64,000 bases of DNA from Oceanispirochaeta sp. (GCA_963663385.2 CAXXXD010000002.1:480001-544000), one strand, 5' to 3'. Counted from the first letter of the stretch, positions 1-11,331 are shown. Program-made: numbers and translations. The notes: generated by a model not told the origin, from the sequence alone.

Positions 1-2003
1 TACTCCTGTTTAATACCGAATTTTCCGGCGATTGTTTTTACATGGGAGTAAGCGATACTGGCCGATTCCTTCATTACGTCTCCCATCTGTCCGGTAAGCT
101 GTATGCCTCCCTTGCCGGGGGTATTCACAGCTTCGATAATCAGGGTATCTCCCCCCATGCTGGTCCAGGCCAGACCGACAGTCATACCGGGGGCGCTGAC
201 TTTCTTTGTTTCATCCTCCCGGAAATAGGGTTTTTTAAGATACTCTTCCAGGTTGTCCTTTGTGATTCGGATAGGAAACTCATCCACACCCCCGACAATT
301 TTCCGGGCAGTTTTGCGGTTTATCTTGTCGATGGCTTTTTCAAAGGTTCTTACACCGGCTTCACGGGCATAGCCGTCCACGATATTCCTCAGGGCCGTTT
401 TGTTAAATACCAGCTGCCCCTTTTTTATTCCGTGTTTCCTCATGGATTTGGGAATCAGGTATTTCCGGGCAATCTCGATCTTTTCATCGGTAATGTAACC
501 GGATAGACGGATGATCTCCATCCGGTCCAGCAGGGGCCGGGGAATGGTATCCAGTGTATTGGCTGTTGCAATAAAAAGGATATGGGAGAGGTCGTAGGGA
601 AGGTCCAGGTAGTGATCCCGGAACGCTATATTCTGTTCCGGGTCCAGTACTTCCAGCAGAGCAGAGGAGGGGTCTCCCTGATAGGACTGTCCCAGCTTGT
701 CTATCTCATCAATCATAAAAACCGGGCCTTTGGTTTTGACAATTTTCAGACCCTGAATAATCTTGCCGGGCATAGCTCCCACATAGGTTCTTCTATGGCC
801 CTTTATTTCGGCTTCATCCCGCATACCTCCTACGGAGAACCGGAAAAACTCCCGGTTAAGGGCACGGGCAATAGATTTTCCGATTGAGGTTTTTCCCACT
901 CCCGGAGGGCCTACCAGGCAGATAATGGAACCTTTGTTGTCCTCTTTCAGTTTTCGTACGGCCAGGTATTCCAGTATCCGTTCCTTTACGTCTTCCAGGC
1001 CGTAGTGGTCCTGATTGAGGATTTTCTCTCCCTTGACAATATCCACCACTTCTGGCGCCGGATCATCCCAGGGAAGGTGTACGATGGTGTCCAGGTAGTT
1101 TCTGGTTACAATATACTCTGAAGAAGAAGGATCCATCAGGGAGAATTTCTCCAGTTCCCTGTCCACCTGTTCCTTTGTCTCTCCTTCAAAATTGAGTTCC
1201 TCAATTATCTCCTTGAATTTGAGGTACTCGCTGGACTTGGAATCCACCGGTTCACCCAGTTCTTTTTTGATAGCCTTGATCTCTTCTCTCAGGAAGTACT
1301 CTCTCTGGCTCTTCTCAATCTTTTCATTGATCTGGGTCGCAATTTTTTTCTGAATCCGGAGGAGGTCCTGCTCTTTTTTTATGTAGACAAGAACCTGTTC
1401 CATCCGGGTCATCACATCCAGCTGCTCCAGAACTTTCTGCTGCTGGTCCCTGTCTATATTAAGGATGGAGGTGATAAAGTCGGCAATCTTGCCGGGGTTG
1501 TCTATATTCACCATATTCAGTCTCATCTCTTCCGAAAAGAGAGGATTGTCTTCGGATATCTGTTTCATCTCGGAGATGAGAGAACGGGTCAGAGCTTTCA
1601 GTTCGTCCTTCTGCTCCTCCCCTGCGATATCATCCAGGTATTCAACCGCGGCAATTATGGGCGCCTCGCTGGTAAAGAACTTGCGTATTTTGAACCTTTT
1701 CACAGTGGAGATGAAAATATTGACTCCCCCGTCGGGCAGATTTATTTTTTTTACGATTTTCGCGGCTGTCCCTATCTGATAGATATTTTCCGGACCTGTT
1801 GCCGATTCATCTTCCTCTTTCAGAAGAACGAGACCTATTACTTTGTCATTTTCCATTGCCTGGTTGACAATTTCGATATCATCATTGGATGTGATCATGA
1901 TGGGAGTGAAAATACCGGGGAAAATGGGTTTCCCCAGAAGCGGTACGATAAAAAGTTTATCCGGCAATGCCTGTTCCGCTACGATGATTTCTCCGTCTGC
2001 CAT
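1..2003 (-). CDS. lon: Endopeptidase La (Lon protease), runs off the left edge
   Basis: Manual minus-strand translation from ATG at 2003: MADGEIIVAEQALPDKLFIVPLLGKPIFPG (Lon N-domain); Walker A CLVGPPGVGKTSI near 880-920. Absent from the ORF track because no stop falls in the window. Confidence 0.95.
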   Translation of the reverse strand, partial: MADGEIIVAEQALPDKLFIVPLLGKPIFPGIFTPIMITSNDDIEIVNQAMENDKVIGLVLLKEEDESATGPENIYQIGTAAKIVKKINLPDGGVNIFISTVKRFKIRKFFTSEAPIIAAVEYLDDIAGEEQKDELKALTRSLISEMKQISEDNPLFSEEMRLNMVNIDNPGKIADFITSILNIDRDQQQKVLEQLDVMTRMEQVLVYIKKEQDLLRIQKKIATQINEKIEKSQREYFLREEIKAIKKELGEPVDSKSSEYLKFKEIIEELNFEGETKEQVDRELEKFSLMDPSSSEYIVTRNYLDTIVHLPWDDPAPEVVDIVKGEKILNQDHYGLEDVKERILEYLAVRKLKEDNKGSIICLVGPPGVGKTSIGKSIARALNREFFRFSVGGMRDEAEIKGHRRTYVGAMPGKIIQGLKIVKTKGPVFMIDEIDKLGQSYQGDPSSALLEVLDPEQNIAFRDHYLDLPYDLSHILFIATANTLDTIPRPLLDRMEIIRLSGYITDEKIEIARKYLIPKSMRKHGIKKGQLVFNKTALRNIVDGYAREAGVRTFEKAIDKINRKTARKIVGGVDEFPIRITKDNLEEYLKKPYFREDETKKVSAPGMTVGLAWTSMGGDTLIIEAVNTPGKGGIQLTGQMGDVMKESASIAYSHVKTIAGKFGIKQE

Positions 2004-2145
2004 GTATTACCTCTATGCTCTTATATTCTTGGTATGGATTATCCCAGTCATTTGAATTTATTATTTCCATCCCTTAAAGGCAAGATAATTCGAGCAGTAA
2101 GTCTTTTTTGGTTGGATCGGCGGTTTTTTTTAGTATATTAAGATT

Positions 2146-2871
2146 GTGGGGCGACTGATAAAAGACAAATATATTCCTTTGAAGACAAAACCAATGGGAG
2201 ACAACCACCGTACTGTTTATATGCTGACTGCCGGACAGGGGCTGATATATGCGGCTGCATTCGGCGTTTCAGGCAAAACGGCACGGCTCCGTCCGCTTAT
2301 CCAGCCTTTTTCTCTTTGCGACGGGGATTTCTATCTGGATCCAGTAAAAAAGCTCTGGCGCCTGAAAGACGGCACATGTCTTAACAGACATGACTCTTTT
2401 CATTCAAGCCTCAGGAAATATTACGCTGCTGTATTCTGGAGTGAACTGATTTTCAAAACCCATGGAGGGGCAGGTTCCGGTGATTTTTTTCAGCTCAGCG
2501 CTGATTTCCTGGATGAGCTTGACCGGGCCGGAAACGAAGAGGTTCCCCTTCTTCTGATTTCTGTATTATGGATTTTTCTCGGGCAGGAAGGGATCCGGCC
2601 CGATCTGGAACGCTGTGCCCGCTGCGGCAGAAAAGCGCCTGATAAGAGAGCTGTCTGTTACGACCCGGAAGGGCATGTGGTTTGTTCCCGCTGCCGGATA
2701 GCCCAGCTGCCGGTTCTTTCTGAAAAAGCTCGCTCCTATCTATCGGGCGCAGCGGATATCATCCCGAACCGGGATGATGTTGATTCCCTCTATACCTATA
2801 TTCTTTCAATTCTCAAGGTACTTTCCAGCTTCTCCTTTGAAAAGGAAAGTCTGGATATTATTTTTAAATAG
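2146..2871 (+). CDS. recO: DNA repair protein RecO
   Basis: OB-fold-like N-terminus (..LRPLIQPFS..) and zinc-binding CARC...CSRC C-terminal region. Confidence 0.8.
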   Translation: MGRLIKDKYIPLKTKPMGDNHRTVYMLTAGQGLIYAAAFGVSGKTARLRPLIQPFSLCDGDFYLDPVKKLWRLKDGTCLNRHDSFHSSLRKYYAAVFWSELIFKTHGGAGSGDFFQLSADFLDELDRAGNEEVPLLLISVLWIFLGQEGIRPDLERCARCGRKAPDKRAVCYDPEGHVVCSRCRIAQLPVLSEKARSYLSGAADIIPNRDDVDSLYTYILSILKVLSSFSFEKESLDIIFK

Positions 2872-2979
2872 TGAAAATGTAATATAAAGCAATCCAATCC
2901 ACACAGTCTCCACTGTCTGCCACTTGAGAGTCGTGAGTCTTAGTTATATACTTTTTTATCGTACCGGGTTATTTGGCAG

Positions 2980-5088
2980 GTGGTTGAATTCATGACTGAT
3001 AAAAAAGTAAAAGCATTGAAAAAAAGTCTTATTGTCTCTTTCATATTCTACTTTATGATTTTTCAGATTGTCGTATTTCTGGGATTGGGAATTCTCCTCA
3101 GGAGCTCCACCAACAATATGATATTCAGTATGCAGGAAAAGAATCTGATGGTGATGGCCGACTCCCTGGAAGATACCCTGTCCATGGAGATTCATAATAT
3201 CAAGGAGCTTGTATTTGCCCATACCATGAACAGGGATTTTCATGAAGGTTTGAAAAAGGGTGACTACTTTAACGTTGACAGTATTCTGAAACGTATCCTT
3301 AATCAGAACAATTTCTTTGAAACCGTATTCCTGGCTGATCAGAACGGAACGGTTACCGCATCAACCCGCTTTAATAATTTAAGAGCCGATATTTCGGGAT
3401 TGGAGTATTTCAAGGCAACCGTAGAAGAGAATCAGGAAAAATATGTTACCCCCAGTGCCATTATCTCGAAAGTAACGGGCAATCCGGTTATTGTTTTTTC
3501 ATCCCCTGTCCGTGATAACGGTCAGGTTATCGGTATGCTGGGAGTATCTCTGGATCTTGGCCTTTTCGGAGAAGAGACTATTACAGACAAGAAGATAGGC
3601 AACACCGGATATGGTTTTGTTCTGGATAATCATAATGCCATTATCATTCACCCGGATCTTGATGTACTGATGGAAAACACCAGTGAACTGGATTTTATCA
3701 GGGATGTCAGGTCCCTGGGTGATCAGAAGATTTTTTATCCCTATACCCACAAGGGTGAAGCCAAGCAGGGCGCATTTATTAAGATGGAAGGGCTTGACTG
3801 GATGATTATCGCTTCAATACCGGACAGGGAGGTCTCAGCCATCGGACGGAGACTCACGGGGATTCTTGTAATAATTCTGGTTGTCAGTAATATTCTGATG
3901 GGGTTCTACCTGTTTGCCCTGGTCAGGATAAAGATCACCCGGAAACTGGTTCCTCTCCAGCAGTTAATGGGGAAGGCCGCACAAGGCGAGCTCGGTGAGA
4001 GGGGGACTATAAAGGGAAGTGATGAACTGGCTTCCATTACAGACAGCTATAATACTCTTGCCGAATCCCTTGGAGCCTTCTTCAGGGGGATGAATACAAA
4101 CCTGGAGGATCTGGAAAACCGGGGGCTTGAACTTTCGGCCAATATGGAAGAGACCGCTGCAGCGGTTCATCAGATAAAGGCTAATATCAACAGTTCCATG
4201 GGGCTGTTTCAGAACCAGGAAGCGAGTGTCAACTCTACTGTAACGGCTGTTGAGCAGTTGACCAGAAATATTGAGTCTCAGGATAACAGTATCGATAAGC
4301 AGAACGGCAGTATTATCGAGTCCTCATCGGCTGTGGAAGAGATGATAGCCCAGAATCAGGCTATAGGCGCTTCGGTAGAAGAAGCTGAGAACTATATGAA
4401 GATCCTTTTGAAATCATCGGAAGAGGGCCGGGGCAATATCCGTCATGTGGCGGATCTGGTCAGTACTATTTCGGAAAAATCCAGCGATCTGGAAACGGCG
4501 AACAGTCTTATCAGCGGAATCGCCGCGCGGACAAATCTGCTCGCCATGAATGCTGCCATCGAAGCGGCTCATGCGGGTGATGCAGGGCGGGGGTTTGCAG
4601 TTGTTGCCGATGAGATCCGGAAACTGGCGGAACAGGCCACTGCCCAGTCTGCCCAGGTAAAGGCTTCCATTTCAGAGATCAACCAGTATATCAAGGATGT
4701 CGTCGAAGGTTCCCAGTCTTCCGGCCAATCCTATGAGATAATCCAAATGAATATCCGGAGAATGGGTGAGCTTACCAGTACAATCCGCTCTTCCATGCAT
4801 GAACAGTCTGCCGGAGGCAGTATGATTCTGAATTCTCTGACGGATATGCGGGAGCATGCCGCGGATGTTCAGAGCGGTTCTCAGGAGATGACTATGGGGA
4901 ACAGGGTAATCCTGGATGAAGTCAGTACACTCCGTAATATCAACGATCAGTTGAATATGGCTATGAAAGAGATTTCCCACGGGATTGATGAGATAAATCA
5001 ATCCGTACTGGATGTTTCAGAGCTGACAGGTAAGAACCGGGAAAGTATTCAGCAGGTTAAGAGTGATGCCTCTCTGTACAGATTGTAA
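2980..5088 (+). CDS. Methyl-accepting chemotaxis protein (Cache sensor, HAMP, MCP signal)
   Basis: Two TM segments; [38 protein letters not shown] signalling hairpin. Confidence 0.95.
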   Translation: MVEFMTDKKVKALKKSLIVSFIFYFMIFQIVVFLGLGILLRSSTNNMIFSMQEKNLMVMADSLEDTLSMEIHNIKELVFAHTMNRDFHEGLKKGDYFNVDSILKRILNQNNFFETVFLADQNGTVTASTRFNNLRADISGLEYFKATVEENQEKYVTPSAIISKVTGNPVIVFSSPVRDNGQVIGMLGVSLDLGLFGEETITDKKIGNTGYGFVLDNHNAIIIHPDLDVLMENTSELDFIRDVRSLGDQKIFYPYTHKGEAKQGAFIKMEGLDWMIIASIPDREVSAIGRRLTGILVIILVVSNILMGFYLFALVRIKITRKLVPLQQLMGKAAQGELGERGTIKGSDELASITDSYNTLAESLGAFFRGMNTNLEDLENRGLELSANMEETAAAVHQIKANINSSMGLFQNQEASVNSTVTAVEQLTRNIESQDNSIDKQNGSIIESSSAVEEMIAQNQAIGASVEEAENYMKILLKSSEEGRGNIRHVADLVSTISEKSSDLETANSLISGIAARTNLLAMNAAIEAAHAGDAGRGFAVVADEIRKLAEQATAQSAQVKASISEINQYIKDVVEGSQSSGQSYEIIQMNIRRMGELTSTIRSSMHEQSAGGSMILNSLTDMREHAADVQSGSQEMTMGNRVILDEVSTLRNINDQLNMAMKEISHGIDEINQSVLDVSELTGKNRESIQQVKSDASLYRL

Positions 5089-5197
5089 CTGATGGGAGAA
5101 ATATTGAAGGCGTCCGGGAAGATGCCTCCTGGTACAGTCTGTAGGTTAATATAAAATACGAAAACTTTTCTAATATGTTATACTTGGAATCAGAACC

Positions 5198-5752
5198 ATG
5201 AAAAGACTTTTCCTTGCCCTGCCCCTGTCGGAAGAGGCTGCTCTGAAGCTCTGGACAGCCTGGGAACCCCTTCGCTTTACTTCCCGCCAAACAAGATGGA
5301 TCGGTCCGGAGCAGTTTCATATTACCCTGGCCTTTCTGGGAGACTGCAACGAAAGTCTTATCTCCTCCCTGGTTCCTATCATGGAGGAGACGGGAGAACA
5401 CTACTCTCCCATACCTGTCTGTACGGGAGGACCGGGGCAGTTCCCCCCGGGAGATCACCCAAAAGTGCTCTTTGAATCCCTGAGGGACGGGCAGAACAAG
5501 ACGATTAAGCTGAATAAACACCTGCGGCGGCATCTTGCCACCATGGTAGACCTGGAAAAAAGAAAGTTTCAACCTCATATCACCATGGCCCGGATTAAGG
5601 CAAAAAACCTTATCCTTCCTCCTGTTTATGCCCGGACGGATTTTCCCGGAATAAGCGACACTCTGGAGGAGCTGGTCCTTTTTGAATCTCGTCTGACACC
5701 TTCCGGAGCAGTTTATACACCTTTGCATATCACTCCCCTCCGGGGAGGATGA
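5198..5752 (+). CDS. thpR: RNA 2',3'-cyclic phosphodiesterase (2H phosphoesterase)
   Basis: MKRLFLAL start, two HxT motifs (HITL, HITM), C-terminal LFESRLTPSGAVY. Confidence 0.9.
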   Translation: MKRLFLALPLSEEAALKLWTAWEPLRFTSRQTRWIGPEQFHITLAFLGDCNESLISSLVPIMEETGEHYSPIPVCTGGPGQFPPGDHPKVLFESLRDGQNKTIKLNKHLRRHLATMVDLEKRKFQPHITMARIKAKNLILPPVYARTDFPGISDTLEELVLFESRLTPSGAVYTPLHITPLRGG

Positions 5753-5761
5753 AGGAAGGAA

Positions 5762-6625
5762 GGGGGACGGAGGTTCCCTTTCATAAATCTGAAGCAATAA
5801 TTATTGTTTTCGAGGCTGATTGATCCACATTTTCTATCAGATACTATGACATTAAAGTACTTCTGATTAAAAATAATTATCAAAGTAACGCTTCTATCTG
5901 TTATTCCTCTGTATTTTTCAAGGAATATATAAAAACAGATCTCTTCTCCTATGGTCTTCTGGAACTGCTTAAGTAAAGAGGTGTTCGGGAAAGAAGGATC
6001 TCCTTGATTTTAAGAGCTCAGTTACTTAAAAAAAGCAGCTTTAACAGCTCATCCGGAGGATCCACCACTCTTAAGCGGTTTCGTTTCAATTCATATAAGC
6101 CGCTGTAAACATAGTCCTTTGAGTTTTTACAGATTCCGGCTTTTACCGGGTTATCCGAAATATACTGAAATGTATTTAATAATTGTACGAAGCTGCTGAT
6201 AATTACACTCTTAAAACGGTCGTACCAAACATGACCTATAAGGTTGAACATTTTATTAAAGCGGATGGCAAATGTAGCTAAAATCCACTGCATTAATTTT
6301 GACAGGCTTGTGCCGGGCCCCGGTTCTACTAGCATGTGTATGTGGTTACTCATTATAGTGTAATGTTTTAATTTGATACTATATTTATCGTGAGCATCTT
6401 CTATAACACATAGAAGCAACTCCTTCACTTCATCGGGATTCAATAGAAATTCCCCTCTGTTTGTCTTTGCTGTAACATGGTATCTAGCTCCCTCCTGGAG
6501 CGATCTGGGTTTTCTCATACAAGTATTAATTGGAAGAACTTAACTGCTGATTCAATTTCCTGGGATAAAGATCGCCAAATAGAATCCTCCGTCCCCCCCC
6601 GGGATAAAATCATACCTCCGTCCCC
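5762..6625. repeat. Inverted motifs flanking the RAYT: GGGGGACGGAGG (5762-5773) vs CCTCCGTCCCCC (6586-6597) and CCTCCGTCCCC (6615-6625)
   Basis: Exact reverse-complement match read from the sequence. Confidence 0.75.
6018..6518 (-). mobile_element. REP-associated tyrosine transposase (RAYT, Y1 HUH family)
   Basis: MRKPR..YHVT, MSNHIHML (HUH), GHVWYDRFKS, YISDNPVKAG motifs; AT-rich; flanked by inverted GGGGGACGGAGG motifs. Confidence 0.88.
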
Positions 6626-6719
6626 AGCAGCTATAAGGACTGACCAATCCTTTCCAAAATAGACAGATACTTCCGGTCCGGGTTATAATTATTGTTTAGC
6701 ACCGAAAGGAGGCCGGCTT

Positions 6720-8024
6720 ATGAGAGCAGCAGATATAATAATGAAAAAGAGGGACGGAGGTGAACTTACCGAGGCAGAGATCCAGTTCCTGATTTCCGGG
6801 TATGTAAAGGGGGAGATCCCCGACTACCAGGTTTCCGCCTGGCTGATGGCTGTGTTTTTTCAGGGGATGACCCCGTCTGAAACCGGAGTCCTGACCCGTC
6901 TGATGATGGAATCCGGAGCCGTTCTGGATTTGAGCTCTCTTTCAGGTCCTCTTGTAGACAAACACTCCACAGGCGGAGTCGGGGATAAAACCTCTCTTAT
7001 CCTGGCCCCTGTCGCGGCTGCCTGCGGTCTTCAGGTTCCCATGATGAGCGGACGGGCTCTGGGGCATACGGGGGGGACCCTGGATAAGCTGGAATCTGTT
7101 AAAGGATACAATATCAACCTCAATCAGGATGATATTATCCGGGTTATCGATCAATCGGGGTATGTTGTCATGGGGCAGACAGCCGAGATCGTTCCGGCCG
7201 ACCGCAAGATGTATGCTCTGAGGGATGTCACATCCACAGTCGAATCCATTCCTCTTATTACAGCCAGTATCCTCAGTAAAAAACTGGCCGAAGGGGCGGA
7301 AGGACTTGTCTTTGATGTGAAGTCCGGCGCGGGCGCCTTTATGAAAACCGAAGATCAGGCCGGGGCTCTGGCTGAATCCCTGGTTAATACGGGGAGGGCT
7401 ATGGGGCGGAAGATCAATGCGGTTATCACCTCCATGGAGGAACCTCTTGGCCGGATGGTAGGGAACTTTCTGGAAGTGGAGGAGTCCTGGGACTGCCTGA
7501 ACGGACGGGGACCGGAGGACCTGATGGAAGTTACCCTGGCTTTGGCATCCCGGATGCTGGTAGTGGGCGGTGTTTGCTCAAATTCGGAAGAAGCCCTTTT
7601 CCTTTGCCGGGAAAAAATCGATAATGGGGAAGCAGCCGATCGCTTTTTGGCCAATATGGAAGCCCAGGGAGGAGACTCTGAGTGGTTTCTGGCGCAGACA
7701 GGATCCTGGAGAGCCCCCGAATCGGTTAAGCTGAAGGCATGGGATGATGGATTTGTTGGAAGTATTGATGCCTATGCCACCGGAATGTGCGCTGTTGGTC
7801 TTGGTGTAGGCAGGAATAAGGCGGATGATCCGGTCCAGCCTCATACGGGTATCCGGTTTGTGAAAAAAACGGGTGATCCTGTGAAAAAAAATGAAGCCCT
7901 GTGCGAAATTTTTGCTGTAGATAAGGTACAGGCTCGGGAAGCTGTAGAAAAAATGCGCGCCGCTTTTGTTATCGGTGCGGATCAGCCCGGAAGATCTTCA
8001 TTGATCCTCCGGGAAATAACTTAG
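6720..8024 (+). CDS. pdp: Pyrimidine-nucleoside/thymidine phosphorylase
   Basis: DKHSTGGVGDK, SGRALGHTGGTLDKLES motifs. Confidence 0.95.
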   Translation: MRAADIIMKKRDGGELTEAEIQFLISGYVKGEIPDYQVSAWLMAVFFQGMTPSETGVLTRLMMESGAVLDLSSLSGPLVDKHSTGGVGDKTSLILAPVAAACGLQVPMMSGRALGHTGGTLDKLESVKGYNINLNQDDIIRVIDQSGYVVMGQTAEIVPADRKMYALRDVTSTVESIPLITASILSKKLAEGAEGLVFDVKSGAGAFMKTEDQAGALAESLVNTGRAMGRKINAVITSMEEPLGRMVGNFLEVEESWDCLNGRGPEDLMEVTLALASRMLVVGGVCSNSEEALFLCREKIDNGEAADRFLANMEAQGGDSEWFLAQTGSWRAPESVKLKAWDDGFVGSIDAYATGMCAVGLGVGRNKADDPVQPHTGIRFVKKTGDPVKKNEALCEIFAVDKVQAREAVEKMRAAFVIGADQPGRSSLILREIT

Positions 8025-8025
8025 T

Positions 8026-10131
8026 ATGAAATGGAATAAAAAATATATAGATCCCGTTCTGGTGAGAGCCCGGGCTGAGAAGATGCATATTGATCTTCTT
8101 CAGACCGCGATTCTTATGAGGCGGGATATTGCGGAAGAGGATTTTCTCTATTTTCTGGAGGATGATTTGCGTTATCTGCATAATCCTTTTCTCTTCCGGC
8201 ACATGACCGATGCGGTGGACCGGGTTCATACCGCAGTGGAAGAAGAGGAGAAAATCCTTATTTGCGGAGACCGGGATGTGGATGGTATCACCTCTACGGT
8301 TCTGCTCTATGAAGCCCTGAAACGGGAAGGGGCGGATGTCAGCTGGCGTGTCCCTGTGGGAGATGAAGCCTATGGTCTGAATCCCGAGGTTATCCGGGAG
8401 TTCGCGTCCGGAGACGGAACACTGATCTTCTGCGTGGACTGCGGGATATCGGATTTTGCGGAAATTGAGCTGGCCGGTTCTCTGGGAATCGATGTGATAG
8501 TTCTGGATCATCACAATCCGAGGGAAGGGGACCTGCCAGACGCGTTTGCCATTATCAACCCCAAAGTAAAAGAAGATGCCTATCCCTTTGACGGACTGGC
8601 CGGCTGCGGTGTCGTATCCAAGATGATCTGGGCTCTCTGCTTTGGACGGACTGAGCTTTATAATCAGAACTACTGTTTTTTCTATGTAGACAGCGAGAGT
8701 AAACAACTTGAAATCTACAAGTATGTGAATCTGCTGGAAACTGAAAGGAGAATCTATCCGCTGGAAAAACCGGTCACTCTGGATGAACTGTCAGATTTCC
8801 TGAGGGGATGGCTCCTGTTCAGCTACGGCATGAAGGAGCAGAAGGAGTGGTTTCAGAAAATTTTCGGATCTGCTGCCGATATTCAGATCAACGATCTGGC
8901 CGAAGAACTCTGCCGGGATTTTCCCACTCTCCGGGGGCGGGCATTCCGGGAACTTCGGGATAACAGCCGATATGCCCGCTATTCCGCCGGTCCTGTGGAT
9001 AACGGAACTGCGTTTCTCTACCTCTTCTCCGGCTTGATGCTGAAGCGCTACAGTGGTGAATTCAATCAGTTCTCCGGCTCCCTTGATCTGGTTGCCCTGG
9101 GAACTCTGGCTGATCTGATGCCCCTGCAGAACGAGAACCGTATCCTTATAAGAAAAGGACTCCCCGGTTTGATGAGAGCCGGCCGGCCGGGGATGCGGGA
9201 ACTGTTTATCAGGCAGCGTATTCTGGGAAGGCCTCTGGAAACTTCCGATGTCTCCTGGCTAATCTCCCCCTGGATAAATTCTTCCGGCAGAATGGGAAAG
9301 GCTGATCTGGCTGTTGAACTTTTTACTACGGAAGACCCGGCCCGCAGAGAAGTTCTGGCTGATGAGATGCATAGCATAAATCAGGAACGCAAAAAGCTGG
9401 GGGATTCTCTCTGGGAACAGGCTGCTTCGGAAGCCCGCAGTGAGATGGAAAAATATCATAATAAGCTGATCCTGATCAGTCATCTGCCTGTTCCAAGGGG
9501 ATTGACAGGTATTGTGGCATCCCGTATGGTCAGCAGCTTTAAAGTTCCCGCTATAATTCTGTCCCATCAGGAAGACGGATCCCTTTCCGGTTCTGTCCGC
9601 ACCCCGGATGACTGTCCTGTAAAGACCATCCTTGAAGGGATGACCGATCTTTTTACAGATTTCGGAGGGCATGACTGTGCCGCCGGATTCAGTATGGACG
9701 GCGGGAATGAAGACGTCTTTTTCAGGCGTCTGTCAGCTTTTACCAAAGGGTGGGTACCGGAAGAGAAGGTGGAACCTGTTCCCGAAGTGGATGCGGAAAT
9801 CCCTTCAGATTACCTCTCTCCCGAATTGTGGAAGATGGTTACAGATCTGGAGCCTTATGGAGACAGTTTCCGACCCATATTGTTTTACAGCAGGAATGTT
9901 CTTATTGAAAAGACAGACCTGATAGGGAAAGAGCCCCAGAACCATCTGAAATTCCTTCTGAATACGGGAGAATATAAATGCCCGGCCCTTTTCTGGAACG
10001 GAGCTGAGCGTTTTCAGGACTTTATGCACCCGGACAACCGGGTAAATTTGCTGTATCATGTAAGAAAGAACTATTATATGAATAAAGAGACCCTGCAAAT
10101 GGTTATTGTTGATATGGAGCCTGCTGAATGA
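8026..10131 (+). CDS. recJ: Single-stranded-DNA exonuclease RecJ
   Basis: GDRDVDG, VDCG, DHH, GTLADLMPL..ENR, GGHDCAAG (DHH/DHHA1). Confidence 0.95.
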   Translation: MKWNKKYIDPVLVRARAEKMHIDLLQTAILMRRDIAEEDFLYFLEDDLRYLHNPFLFRHMTDAVDRVHTAVEEEEKILICGDRDVDGITSTVLLYEALKREGADVSWRVPVGDEAYGLNPEVIREFASGDGTLIFCVDCGISDFAEIELAGSLGIDVIVLDHHNPREGDLPDAFAIINPKVKEDAYPFDGLAGCGVVSKMIWALCFGRTELYNQNYCFFYVDSESKQLEIYKYVNLLETERRIYPLEKPVTLDELSDFLRGWLLFSYGMKEQKEWFQKIFGSAADIQINDLAEELCRDFPTLRGRAFRELRDNSRYARYSAGPVDNGTAFLYLFSGLMLKRYSGEFNQFSGSLDLVALGTLADLMPLQNENRILIRKGLPGLMRAGRPGMRELFIRQRILGRPLETSDVSWLISPWINSSGRMGKADLAVELFTTEDPARREVLADEMHSINQERKKLGDSLWEQAASEARSEMEKYHNKLILISHLPVPRGLTGIVASRMVSSFKVPAIILSHQEDGSLSGSVRTPDDCPVKTILEGMTDLFTDFGGHDCAAGFSMDGGNEDVFFRRLSAFTKGWVPEEKVEPVPEVDAEIPSDYLSPELWKMVTDLEPYGDSFRPILFYSRNVLIEKTDLIGKEPQNHLKFLLNTGEYKCPALFWNGAERFQDFMHPDNRVNLLYHVRKNYYMNKETLQMVIVDMEPAE

Positions 10132-11081
10132 AAAAAACTCTTGTAAACCTTTTCCTGATTTTCCTGCTGAGCCTTTCCTCTTTGTGGAGCCTGGATGTTT
10201 ATTCAGGCAGCCAGGTTTATCTGGGCGATGTGTTAACCGGGCTTGTTACGGATTGCGGCTGGGAAGATAATATACGATTTATCCTCAAAGATCCGGACGG
10301 TAAAGTCCGTTCCCTTGTCGCGGGGATCCCTTTTCGTGATGAAGACCTGTCCGGAAACAATTCCATCGGATTAATCGGCATAGACTCCGGTCTTCCTGTG
10401 GGGACCTATACCCTGAGGACAGAGATCGACCGGAGATCCGGTTCTCTGGAATTTGAGAAGCCTGTCCTGGTCAGAAGCCGCACCTTTAAAAAGGAAGATA
10501 TCAGTCTGAATCAGGCTATGAGCGATCTCAGGAGCAGTGAGGACCCGGTTAAACTGGAGCAGTCCCGCCGGCTCTGGGCTATACTGGTCACCGTAGGAGA
10601 GGGATCGGCTTCTCCCTGTGAAAGCATGATTTCTCCGGTGGATTCCTACACTATGACATCCTGGTTCGGTGACAGGCGCAATTTTCTCTATACAGACGGG
10701 GGGACCGCCGGATCAGTACATACAGGTGTGGATATGGCTGCCGATACGGGAACTCCCATTGTTACGCCTCTGGGAGGGAAGGTCGTTCTGGCGGAAGACC
10801 GGGTTTTAACGGGTTTCAGTATTGTGCTGGAGCACTTCCCCGGAGTGTATTCTCTCTATTACCATTTGGATACCCTGGATGTTCAAGCAGGGGATATTCT
10901 GGTTCCGGGAGATTCCCTGGGGACCCTGGGCGCCACCGGGCTTGTTACAGGACCCCATCTGCACTGGGAACTCCGGGTAAATACAATTCCTGTTGATCCC
11001 ATGAAATATTTGGACAAAGGTCTTATTGACAAAGATGAAATTATGGCTATGATAGATGCTACTATACAAGAAGGGAGGTGA
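10128..11081 (+). CDS. M23 family metallopeptidase
   Basis: Signal peptide; HTGVD and GPHLHWE motifs. Confidence 0.92.
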   Translation: MKKTLVNLFLIFLLSLSSLWSLDVYSGSQVYLGDVLTGLVTDCGWEDNIRFILKDPDGKVRSLVAGIPFRDEDLSGNNSIGLIGIDSGLPVGTYTLRTEIDRRSGSLEFEKPVLVRSRTFKKEDISLNQAMSDLRSSEDPVKLEQSRRLWAILVTVGEGSASPCESMISPVDSYTMTSWFGDRRNFLYTDGGTAGSVHTGVDMAADTGTPIVTPLGGKVVLAEDRVLTGFSIVLEHFPGVYSLYYHLDTLDVQAGDILVPGDSLGTLGATGLVTGPHLHWELRVNTIPVDPMKYLDKGLIDKDEIMAMIDATIQEGR

Positions 11082-11087
11082 TTTCGT

Positions 11088-11297
11088 ATCGCCAACATTA
11101 AGATTAATGACGACGAACCGCTTGAAAAAGCGATCAAGCGTTTCAAGCGTATGGTGGAAAAGGAAGGTATTATCCGGGAATGGAAAAAACGGGAATACTA
11201 TGAAAAGCCTTCCACTATCAAGAACCGCAAGAAGAAAGCTATGGTTCGGAAACAGGCTAAAAAGCTGAGAAAGATGCAGGGCGGCTCCGGTCGTTAA
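11088..11297 (+). CDS. rpsU: 30S ribosomal protein S21 (apparent ATC start)
   Basis: Manual translation (M)[41 protein letters not shown]...GSGR*; SD GGAGGTGA at 11074-11081; missing from the ORF track. Confidence 0.95.
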   Translation: MANIKINDDEPLEKAIKRFKRMVEKEGIIREWKKREYYEKPSTIKNRKKKAMVRKQAKKLRKMQGGSGR

Positions 11298-11302
11298 GCA
11301 TG

Positions 11303-11331
11303 AGAAGGAGGTCCTGCGGGACCTCTTTTCT
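11303..11331 (+). terminator. Intrinsic terminator after rpsU
   Basis: GAGGTCC-tgcg-GGACCTC hairpin followed by TTTT. Confidence 0.75.

Noticed and set aside
42..2055. Plus-strand ORFs 42-506, 582-887, 1465-1779, 1843-2055
   Set aside because: Antisense shadows of lon on the minus strand
11079..11090. TGA readthrough or selenocysteine fusion of the M23 peptidase to S21 (same frame)
   Set aside because: A secreted peptidase fused to S21 is implausible; the strong SD before ATC explains rpsU independently
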